Assembly: GCA_041674805.1 (NCBI GenBank)
Contig: JBAYVA010000004.1
Coordinates: forward strand, 30,069 to 94,068
DNA length: 64,000 nucleotides
Direction of reading: 5' to 3'
Source of the DNA: Candidatus Magasanikiibacteriota bacterium
Lineage (GTDB): Bacteria; Patescibacteriota; Patescibacteriia; Magasanikbacterales; UBA922
Shown: in pieces, positions 57,363 to 64,000 of the stretch
Layout: each line of letters begins with the position of its first letter
Position numbering within the stretch: position 1 is the first letter of the stretch
Translations under genes and position numbers: made by a program
The notes under the pieces: model-generated
Database searches by the model: none
The model's input: only the letters and a program-made list of their open reading frames with translations
What the model was told of the DNA's origin: nothing

Positions 57363-57494
57363 ATAAATAAAAGAATTAGATTTTATAAATAATAATCAGT
57401 TTAAATATATAAAAAATAAACGTGGTGAAATCGTTTTTCTATTTTTTAAATTAATCAAGTCCTTGGAAATCCAAAAGGATTAGTCAAACTCGTA

Positions 57495-57539
57495 AAAGCC
57501 TTTTAGGCCTTTTGGGCATTTTAAGCATTTCAAGCCTTA
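57495..57539. repeat. phased GCCTTTT-type 9-bp repeats upstream of ppsA
   Basis: aaagcctttt aggcctttt gggcatttt aagcatttc aagcctta; closely related to 48686-48724. Confidence 0.55.
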
Positions 57540-57547
57540 TTACTATT

Positions 57548-57576
57548 TTGTAAATTTTCATTTTTTGTGCTATAAT
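57548..57576 (+). promoter_or_regulatory. candidate promoter for ppsA: TTGTAA-17-TGcTATAAT (extended -10)
   Basis: TGCTATAAT at 57568-57576 with a -35-like TTGTAA at 57548-57553; about 30 nt before the ATG. Confidence 0.45.
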
Positions 57577-57604
57577 AAAAACATCTAATTTTTAACTATT
57601 TTTT

Positions 57605-60600
57605 ATGTTAAAAAACCGCGAAAAAAAATTGCAGATCGCGGAACAAAATACTAATAAAAATAACGTGGCTAGAGATAGCAAACGTGTTTTGTGGTTTGAT
57701 GAAATTGGTATCAAAGATATACCACTTGTTGGTGGTAAAAATGCTAGTCTTGGTGAAATGTACAACAATTTGAGTAAAAAAGGTATTAGTGTTCCAAATG
57801 GTTTTGCTGTAACATCTTTTAGTTACTGGGAATTTTTGGACAAAACTGGTTTGAAACAAAAAATAAAAAATGTTGTCAAAGATTTGAATATAAATGACAT
57901 AAAAAATTTATCTCAAGTTGGTGCAAAAATTAGAAAAATGATTTTGGCTGAAAAACTTCCAAAAGAATTAGCCAAAGAAATTGATACTGCTTATACACAA
58001 TTATCCAAAGAACAAAAAATAAATAATATTGCTGTGGCAGTACGTTCTTCTGCTACTGCTGAAGATTTGCCTGATGCTAGTTTTGCTGGTCAACAAGAAA
58101 CTTATTTAAATATTGTTGGTAAAAATGATTTACAGTTGGCTGTCAAAAAATGTATTGCTTCACTTTTTACTGATAGAGCTATTTCTTATCGTGAAACCAA
58201 AGGTTTTGATCATCTTGATGTGGCTTTGTCTGTGACTGTACAAATTATGGTCGGTTCTGAATCTGGTGCTAGTGGTGTGATGTTTACGCTAGATACAGAG
58301 TCTGGTTTTCCTGGAGTTGTACTTATCAATGCCTCTTATGGTCTTGGTGAATATGTAGTAAAGGGTAGAGTTACTCCTGATCAATTTTATGTTTTCAAAG
58401 AAGGTCTGAAAAATGGCAAAAAATCTGTTATTAGTAAAATTCTGGGTACCAAAGAAGTAAAGCTTGTTTATGGTAAGACAGGAACAAAGCAAATGACAGT
58501 ACCAAAATTACAACAAAATAAATTTTCTATTACCGAAGACGAAGTTTTACAATTGGCCAAATGGGGTGTAGAAATTGAAGAATATTACAAAAAACATCAA
58601 GATATTGAATGGGCCAAAGATGGTAAAACTGGCAAATTGTATATTGTCCAAGCTCGTCCTGAAACAGTGAAAGCTAATGTAGACAAAGCTTTTATTGAGA
58701 CATATATTTTAAACAAAAAAGGTAAAGTATTACTTACAGGTACTTCTGTCGGTCAAAAGATTGGTGCTGGCAAAGTGCGTGTAATAGACAATCCAAAACA
58801 AATGAAACTTTTCAAAAAAGGTGAAGTTTTGGTGACTAGAATTACTGATCCAGATTGGGAGCCAATTATGCGTATTGCTTCAGCTATTGTGACTGAACAA
58901 GGTGGCAAGACTTCTCATGCGGCTATCGTTTCTCGTGAACTTGGCGTACCTTGTGTGGTTGGTGCCAAAAATGCTCGTAAAATTTTGAAAACAGGTGAAA
59001 AAGTAACTGTTAGTTGTACTGGCGGGGATGAAGGAACTATTTACAAAGAAATGTTGCCATTTGAAGTACAAAAAACTGAAATTAAACAAGTAGACAAAAC
59101 TAATACCAAAATCATGATGAATGTTGGTGATCCTGATAATGCTTTTTCTTTGTCATTTTTACCAAATGATGGTGTAGGCCTTGCTCGTGAAGAATTTATT
59201 TTTAGTAATTTTATTCGTATTCATCCTTTGGCTCTTGTTAATTATGATAAATTGAAAGATAAAAAAGCCAAAGAACAAATAGCTGAAATTACTCGTGGCT
59301 ATGACAAAAAGACAGATTATGCTGTAGACAAATTAGCTGAAGGTATTGCTCGTATTTCAGCGGCTTTTTATCCAAAAGATGTGATTGTCCGTTTGTCAGA
59401 TTTCAAAACAAATGAATATGCTACTCTTATTGGTGGCAAAGAATTTGAACCAAAAGAAGAAAATCCAATGCTTGGTTGGCGTGGAGCTAGTAGATATTAT
59501 TCCAAAGAATACAAACCAGGTTTCAAATTAGAATGTGAAGCTATCAAAAAAGTTCGTGAAGAATGGGGATTAAAAAATCTTATTGTCATGATTCCATTTT
59601 GTCGTACACCAGAAGAAGGACAAAAAGTATTAGATACCATGAAAGAATTTGGTCTTGAGCGTGGCCGCGAAGATTTGCAAGTTTATGTGATGTGTGAAAT
59701 TCCATCGAACGTTATTTTGGCAGATGATTTTGCTCAAATGTTTGATGGTTTTAGTATTGGTTCCAATGATTTGACACAGCTTACTTTGGGTGTAGATAGA
59801 GATTCTGCTTTGGTTAGTCATGTTTATAATGAAAGAAATCAAGCAGTAACAAAACTTATCAAAGATGTTATTAGAACTGCTCACAAACACAAACGTAAAG
59901 TTGGTATTTGTGGACAAGCTCCAAGTGATTATCCAGAGTTTGCTGAAATGCTCGTGCGTGAAGGTATTGATAGTATTTCTCTCAACCCAGATACCGTGAT
60001 TTCTACACGTGAACGTATTTCTTTTACTGAAAAAACTTTAGGTAAAAAAGGTCATAAAACACATAAAACTTATTTAGGTTTGGTGACTTTGCTTGGTATT
60101 ATTTCTGCTTTTACTATGACTTTGGGTGCTGGTTGTAATTTGTCACAAGATGTAAGTCAAAACAACAAAGCTGTAATTCAAGAAATCACACCTTCTCAAA
60201 TTCGTGAAAATGCTGAAAAAAGAATGCAAGAAAAAAAATCTCAAGAAAAATTGCAATTGACTCAGACTATTAGTATGGCAGATTTTGCTAATTTCAATTT
60301 TAAATATCCTCAAGAGTGGACTGTGAATTATTGGAATGGGGGAGTAACAGTATTTAATTCTAGTTCTAGTGAATATGTGAGTGTTTTCAAACAATTAGTA
60401 GCTCATCCTATTGCTCTTGAACAAAAAGAAAAAATAACTATAGCTGGTCGTGAAGCTTTCAAATATACTCAAGCTATTGTCAGTAGTACCAAATCTTTTA
60501 CTGTAGTTGAAGTAAATATGGGTGATTATATTTTGGAAATGAATAGTGATGCTCCAAATTTTGTAGAAATGCTCAATACTTTCCAGTTTACTAGTTCTAG

Positions 60601-60763
60601 CAATCCTGATAGACCTCTTACTCATTGGGACGTCCTAGAAAAGAGAATTTGTGTGCAAATGATTACTTATGCCAAACAAGGTGAAGCAGGTAGTTGTCAG
60701 GCTTTTCCTACGCCTTGTGATGTGCCATCTGGTTGGCAAGTATGTAATTCTTCTTCACAATAA
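57605..60763 (+). CDS. ppsA: phosphoenolpyruvate synthase (pyruvate, water dikinase) fused in-frame to a roughly 250-aa C-terminal signal-peptide/lipoprotein-like domain
   Basis: N-terminal LVGGKNASLGEMY, phosphohistidine region GGKTSHAAIVSRELGVPCVVG, and a PEP-utilising TIM barrel ending near GIDSISLNPDTV (about aa 795). It is then followed, with no stop, by KKGHKTHKTY-LGLVTLLGIISAFTMTLGAGC and a soluble Cys-containing domain. Confidence 0.75.
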   Translation: MLKNREKKLQIAEQNTNKNNVARDSKRVLWFDEIGIKDIPLVGGKNASLGEMYNNLSKKGISVPNGFAVTSFSYWEFLDKTGLKQKIKNVVKDLNINDIKNLSQVGAKIRKMILAEKLPKELAKEIDTAYTQLSKEQKINNIAVAVRSSATAEDLPDASFAGQQETYLNIVGKNDLQLAVKKCIASLFTDRAISYRETKGFDHLDVALSVTVQIMVGSESGASGVMFTLDTESGFPGVVLINASYGLGEYVVKGRVTPDQFYVFKEGLKNGKKSVISKILGTKEVKLVYGKTGTKQMTVPKLQQNKFSITEDEVLQLAKWGVEIEEYYKKHQDIEWAKDGKTGKLYIVQARPETVKANVDKAFIETYILNKKGKVLLTGTSVGQKIGAGKVRVIDNPKQMKLFKKGEVLVTRITDPDWEPIMRIASAIVTEQGGKTSHAAIVSRELGVPCVVGAKNARKILKTGEKVTVSCTGGDEGTIYKEMLPFEVQKTEIKQVDKTNTKIMMNVGDPDNAFSLSFLPNDGVGLAREEFIFSNFIRIHPLALVNYDKLKDKKAKEQIAEITRGYDKKTDYAVDKLAEGIARISAAFYPKDVIVRLSDFKTNEYATLIGGKEFEPKEENPMLGWRGASRYYSKEYKPGFKLECEAIKKVREEWGLKNLIVMIPFCRTPEEGQKVLDTMKEFGLERGREDLQVYVMCEIPSNVILADDFAQMFDGFSIGSNDLTQLTLGVDRDSALVSHVYNERNQAVTKLIKDVIRTAHKHKRKVGICGQAPSDYPEFAEMLVREGIDSISLNPDTVISTRERISFTEKTLGKKGHKTHKTYLGLVTLLGIISAFTMTLGAGCNLSQDVSQNNKAVIQEITPSQIRENAEKRMQEKKSQEKLQLTQTISMADFANFNFKYPQEWTVNYWNGGVTVFNSSSSEYVSVFKQLVAHPIALEQKEKITIAGREAFKYTQAIVSSTKSFTVVEVNMGDYILEMNSDAPNFVEMLNTFQFTSSSNPDRPLTHWDVLEKRICVQMITYAKQGEAGSCQAFPTPCDVPSGWQVCNSSSQ

Positions 60764-60781
60764 TGTTTATTTTATATAATT

Positions 60782-60822
60782 AAAAACGGTTTCTTGTTCT
60801 AAGAGACCGTTTTTTTTGTTTT
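60782..60822 (+). terminator. rho-independent terminator after ppsA
   Basis: Hairpin aacggtttc-ttgttctaa-gagaccgtt followed by TTTTTTTGTTTTT. Confidence 0.65.
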
Positions 60823-60860
60823 TGATATTTTGGATAATAAAAATGATTGTATTAGCAGAG

Positions 60861-60953
60861 TAAGCAAAATAAGCAAATTTAAGTGTAAACCTAGTAAGCT
60901 TTGTAAGCCTTGTAGGCGCCTTGTGAGCCTTGTAATCTTACGTCTTGCAAATC
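60861..60953. repeat. about six degenerate tandem roughly 9-bp repeats (TAAGCCTTG family) upstream of trhO
   Basis: agtaagctttg taagccttg taggcgccttg tgagccttg taatcttacg tcttgcaaatc. Confidence 0.5.
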
Positions 60954-60998
60954 ATACCATTTTGGTATATAATAGGAGTGTTTTTTATTAATAATAAT

Positions 60999-62015
60999 AT
61001 GAGTTTATACAATAAAGTAAATAATAATACACTTAGAAAATGGATCAAAGAAGATACAACACCACGTACTACTTTGTCTTTTTATCGTTATGTCAAAATT
61101 TTAGAACCAGATAAAATGAGAGATGAGTTATATCGCGCTTGGGGTGCTATGGGAGTTTTGGGTAGAATTTATTTAGCAAAAGAAGGTATTAATAGTCAAT
61201 TGTCTGTGCCAACAGCTAATTTTGAAATGTTTAGAAAATATATAGATAGTTTTTTGGAATTCAAAAATGTACCTTTCAAAATTGCTGTGGAAGATGATGG
61301 TAAATCTTTTTATAAATTAACTATAAAAGTAAGAAGTAAAATTGTAGCTGACGGTCTAGATGATGATGCCTTTGACACTAGTAATGTTGGTAAGCATCTT
61401 ACTGCCGAAGAGTGGAATGAATATTTAGAAAAAGAAAATACTGTAGTAGTGGATATGCGCAATTCTTATGAGTCTAAAATAGGACATTTTGAAGGAGCTA
61501 TTTTGCCAGATGTGGATACTTTTCGTGAAGAATTGCAAGTAGTCAAAAAAGAATTGCAAAACAAAAAAAATAAAAAGATTTTGTTGTATTGTACTGGTGG
61601 TATACGTTGTGAAAAAGCTTCAGCTTTTCTTAAGTCAGAAGGTTTTGATGATGTTAACCAATTGTATGGTGGTATTATTGATTATGCTCGTCAGTGTAAA
61701 CAAGAAAATTTACCAATGAAGTTCAAAGGAAAAAACTTTGTTTTTGATGAAAGATTGTCAGAAACAATTTCTGATGAAATTTTGACTAAATGTGAACAGT
61801 GTGGAGAGAGCTGTGATGATTATCGTGATTGTAGCAATACTTTGTGTCATGTGTTATTTATTCAATGTGACAAATGTAAAGAAAAATTTGAAGGAACTTG
61901 TAGTGAAAAATGTCAATCAATTTTACATTTGTCAAAAGAAGAAAAATTAAAATTAATTCCTATTTGGGCTAAACAAAAAAAGAATAGAAGATTGAAATCA
62001 GCTTGTAGTATATAA
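60999..62015 (+). CDS. trhO: rhodanese-domain tRNA U34 hydroxylase TrhO (UPF0176/YceA) with Cys-rich C-terminal extension
   Basis: [29 protein letters not shown] and the rhodanese active-site loop [12 protein letters not shown]. The start is taken at MSLYNK rather than the upstream in-frame Met. Confidence 0.7.
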   Translation: MSLYNKVNNNTLRKWIKEDTTPRTTLSFYRYVKILEPDKMRDELYRAWGAMGVLGRIYLAKEGINSQLSVPTANFEMFRKYIDSFLEFKNVPFKIAVEDDGKSFYKLTIKVRSKIVADGLDDDAFDTSNVGKHLTAEEWNEYLEKENTVVVDMRNSYESKIGHFEGAILPDVDTFREELQVVKKELQNKKNKKILLYCTGGIRCEKASAFLKSEGFDDVNQLYGGIIDYARQCKQENLPMKFKGKNFVFDERLSETISDEILTKCEQCGESCDDYRDCSNTLCHVLFIQCDKCKEKFEGTCSEKCQSILHLSKEEKLKLIPIWAKQKKNRRLKSACSI

Positions 62016-62051
62016 AAAATAAATTTGCTTGAATTTTTAATTTATATATAA

Positions 62052-62083
62052 AAAAACTCCACTAATTTTAGTGGAGTTTTTTC
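62052..62083. terminator. bidirectional terminator (trhO / tRNA-Asp convergent)
   Basis: Hairpin aactccact-aatttt-agtggagtt with A/T runs on both sides. Confidence 0.65.
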
Positions 62084-62087
62084 AAAG

Positions 62088-62161
62088 CGGACCGGACGAG
62101 GCTCGAACTCGCAACTTCTGCCGTGACAGGGCAGTGCTCTAACCAGTTGAACTACCGGTCC
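62088..62161 (-). tRNA. tRNA-Asp (anticodon GUC)
   Basis: Acceptor GGACCGG/CCGGTCC, D arm TAGTTCAACTGGTTAGAGC, anticodon loop CUGUCAC, T-loop GTTCGAGCC. Confidence 0.85.
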
Positions 62162-62226
62162 GTATATTCAATTATTTTTGATAATTGAATTGAAAAATTA
62201 CAATAATTCTAAACCAAAATTACAAA

Positions 62227-62343
62227 CTATTTTGTAGCAGCTGTTGCTTTGGCAAGACGTTTTTGTTTTTTCTTGTCTCTTCTTATTTTTGCTTTTTCAC
62301 GCTCAATTTTAAATTTTGCGTTGATTTTTTTTCTCATTCCCAT
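62227..62343 (-). CDS. very small basic protein (38 aa), possible ribosome-associated protein
   Basis: MGMRKKINAKFKIEREKAKIRRDKKKQKRLAKATAATK; below the 60-aa track threshold; lies between tRNA-Asp and a minus-strand gene. Confidence 0.25.
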   Translation of the reverse strand: MGMRKKINAKFKIEREKAKIRRDKKKQKRLAKATAATK

Positions 62344-62413
62344 AATTTTGGATTAGTTTGAGTACGGTTAATATAATACCTTTTTTTTGAAAAGTTGTCA
62401 ATATCTATAACTG

Positions 62414-62896
62414 TTAGTAAGAGAAGTATCCTAATTTTTCTTTCAAATCTTTGAGACGGGCATAAAAGCCTGAAGTATGAATAGAATTGATTTTTAATTT
62501 TTTATAATCATAATGATGGAGCCATTCATGTAGTAGAGTATCTACAAAGCTTTTTGGGGCCAAAATTTGGCCTCTAACAGCTGTTTTGTTGCTAATATGT
62601 ATATATTGACTAAGTGGTTTGTAATAGCCATAACGTCGTAAAGCTACTTTGCCTTTATGTTTTTTATGGTATTGTTTCTCGTCAGATATTTTTAGATGAA
62701 CTATGTCTATCTCAGCTAAGTCAGCCAATTCGTCTAAAAGTTGATCTCCGATGTTTTGTCTTTCTATTTCGTCTTTACTTTTGAGAAGTAAGGCAGTTAG
62801 GTGTCTAGCTTCATCAGAAATAGGGAAGTTTGTTTTTGTGATATAATTACTTATGGCATAATTGGCTTTGGAAAACAAAGCTTTTAAAATTCGCAT
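62414..62896 (-). CDS. hypothetical protein with C-terminal HExxH motif (putative small zinc metallopeptidase, SprT/YgjP-like)
   Basis: LLHEWLHHYD near the C-terminus; 160 aa. Confidence 0.4.
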   Translation of the reverse strand: MRILKALFSKANYAISNYITKTNFPISDEARHLTALLLKSKDEIERQNIGDQLLDELADLAEIDIVHLKISDEKQYHKKHKGKVALRRYGYYKPLSQYIHISNKTAVRGQILAPKSFVDTLLHEWLHHYDYKKLKINSIHTSGFYARLKDLKEKLGYFSY

Positions 62897-62968
62897 AGTC
62901 TAACTAATGATTTTTAAAAATGTTAAAGTATTATAGCATGAAAATTTTTTTAAAACAAAAAAGACCTG

Positions 62969-63031
62969 CTTAATGTTTGGCGTGACATGATGAGCAAAGG
63001 AGGGGGTGCTCCAGTCAACACCAAACATTAA
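62969..63031. repeat. 17-18-bp imperfect inverted repeat enclosing the GC-rich 17-mer (copy 2)
   Basis: Arms cttaatgtttggcgtgac / tcaacaccaaacattaa. The 28-nt loop atgatgagcaaaggagggggtgctccag contains GAGCAAAGGAGGGGGTG. Confidence 0.6.
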
Positions 63032-63145
63032 AAAGATCTTTTATATTATAAAATATTAGCATATTTTGACTTTGGTGTCAAGAGGATATTGTTTGTTTTT
63101 TTAAGAAATAATAAGAAATAAATTGTCTTATATTTTCTATAAAAA

Positions 63146-63176
63146 TAAAAAACTCACTAGATTAGTGAGTTTTTGT
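63146..63176. terminator. bidirectional terminator downstream of rplT
   Basis: Hairpin aactcactag-att-agtgagtt with flanking A/T runs. Confidence 0.6.
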
Positions 63177-63185
63177 TTATTGTAT

Positions 63186-63530
63186 TTATTTTACAGATTC
63201 GTAAATTTTTGTAAATACTTGAGGATGTTTTTCAGCTATTTCTGCTAAAATCTTTCTATCAACTGCTATTTCATGTTTCTTTATAGAAGCCATAAATACA
63301 CTATATGATGTACCTAAGGCACGAACAGCTGCATTGATTTTTACTTGCCATAAACGGCGATTTTCTCTTTTTTTGTTTTTTCTATCACGATAAGCGTATG
63401 CACCAGCTTTTGTTTCAGCAGTTTGAGCTAGTTTGATAAGATTTTTTCTACCAGCTTCAAAACCTTTGGTTCTTTTCATGATGGCCTTACGGCGTTTGAC
63501 GTGTTGTACACCTCTTTTTACTCTAGGCAT
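63186..63530 (-). CDS. rplT: 50S ribosomal protein L20
   Basis: MPRVKRGVQHVKRRKAIMKRTKGF... bL20 N-terminus and length. Confidence 0.9.
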   Translation of the reverse strand: MPRVKRGVQHVKRRKAIMKRTKGFEAGRKNLIKLAQTAETKAGAYAYRDRKNKKRENRRLWQVKINAAVRALGTSYSVFMASIKKHEIAVDRKILAEIAEKHPQVFTKIYESVK

Positions 63531-63549
63531 ATTGGTTATTTGTTACATT

Positions 63550-63756
63550 TTATGAATATGGTAGGGCTTTTACTACAGTTTTTTGTAGTGGTAAAGCTAC
63601 TGTATTGTCTGAACGTTTGTTACGTTTGGTCTTACCAGATTCACGTGAGTTGAAATGGTCTTGACCGTCAGTTCTTTTTAAAACTTTGGTACCTTTTTTA
63701 GACTTTTTTACCATGAATCTTTTGGCAGTACCTTTGTGAGTCTTCATTTTTGGCAT
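63550..63756 (-). CDS. rpmI: 50S ribosomal protein L35
   Basis: MPKMKTHKGTAKRF... bL35 N-terminus; sits immediately upstream of rplT. Confidence 0.85.
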   Translation of the reverse strand: MPKMKTHKGTAKRFMVKKSKKGTKVLKRTDGQDHFNSRESGKTKRNKRSDNTVALPLQKTVVKALPYS

Positions 63757-63900
63757 ATTTTTGATAAATTTATATATCTTGAAGCTCGGTGATTATATAC
63801 TATTTTTGAGCTTGAGTCAAGACGTGTGGTGTGTATAGATTAGGTTTTTTCTAACAAATAAGAAATACGAAATTTGTGTACTATCCGTATTTGATTAATT

Positions 63901-64000
63901 TTATTTTTTTACTATGACAGCTACAATACTTTTTCCTTGTCTTAGGATTTCTTGTTCAAATTTTATTTCTATTTTTGTTTGAATATTTTGCATCAATTTT
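63901..64000 (-). CDS. infC: translation initiation factor IF-3, C-terminal end (truncated by window edge)
   Basis: Minus-strand frame ends ...GKSIVAVIVKK*, resembling the IF3 C-terminus (GRNMFLVLAPK). Its position upstream of rpmI-rplT matches the conserved infC-rpmI-rplT operon. Confidence 0.45.
   Translation of the reverse strand, partial: KLMQNIQTKIEIKFEQEILRQGKSIVAVIVKK

Noticed and set aside
60945-60998. Upstream in-frame Met for trhO
   Set aside because: TrhO homology begins at MSLYNK; the 18-aa hydrophobic extension is likely non-coding.
62987-63060. Possible 17-aa peptide initiated from GTG 6 nt after the AGGAGGGGG core (MLQSTPNIKKIFYIIKY)
   Set aside because: Too short and unconserved to support; recorded only as a way to test whether the GC-rich motif acts as a real SD.
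1-64000. CRISPR arrays or transposase/integrase-bearing mobile elements
   Set aside because: No regularly spaced identical repeats with unique spacers, and no transposase, integrase or recombinase-like ORFs, were seen. The repeat families present are short degenerate promoter-region motifs.

Overview
This window is very AT-rich (by eye about 30% GC), almost every gene lacks a Shine-Dalgarno sequence, and TGA is used as a stop codon (code 11). That fits a small-genome, CPR/Patescibacteria-like bacterium, but the lineage is an inference.

Gene content, 5' to 3':
- **asnS** (5'-partial at the window edge).
- **Type IV secretion-like module, plus strand (about 1.5-10.9 kb):** a giant VirB6/TrbL-like polytopic protein with a roughly 650-aa coiled-coil tail, two hypothetical proteins, a PrgI/VirB3-like small membrane protein, a VirB4 ATPase split into two ORFs, and a possible VirB8-like protein. 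It is followed by comFC and a divergent DsbB plus membrane-thioredoxin pair. No relaxase or VirD4 is in view.
- **Three tandem Ser-type tRNAs (minus strand):** one has an unusual ACU anticodon loop.
- **Housekeeping genes:** Hsp20, a VanW-like protein, a HAD hydrolase, clpP, nrnA and smc.
- **A roughly 325-nt non-coding transcription unit** with its own promoter and terminator, carrying RNase P RNA-like motifs.
- **Two large hypotheticals** (769 aa and 190 aa), then rpsP.
- **A roughly 25-kb, single-strand glycan locus:** Wzy/O-antigen-ligase-like protein, gmd, fcl, an HTH protein, an ABC exporter, rfbF/rfbG (CDP-glucose), two C-methyltransferases, a 3,5-epimerase, a 4-reductase, a CmcI-like O-methyltransferase, a ColD-like 3-dehydratase, a GT11 fucosyltransferase, many GT2/GT4 glycosyltransferases, an FkbM methyltransferase, a deacetylase, ugd and galE.
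- **A 1279-aa surface protein** with C39-like, LTD and beta-helix domains.
- **pyk**, then a ppsA fused in-frame to a lipoprotein-like C-terminal domain.
- **trhO**, tRNA-Asp, a small HExxH protein, and the rpmI-rplT-(infC) operon.

Intergenic regions carry several recurring motif families: TTTATAAA-core palindromes (including a perfect 21-bp inverted repeat), phased GCCTTTT/AAAGGC 9-10-bp repeats, and a GC-rich GAGCARAGGAGGGGG 15-mer. Many clear rho-independent terminators are present.
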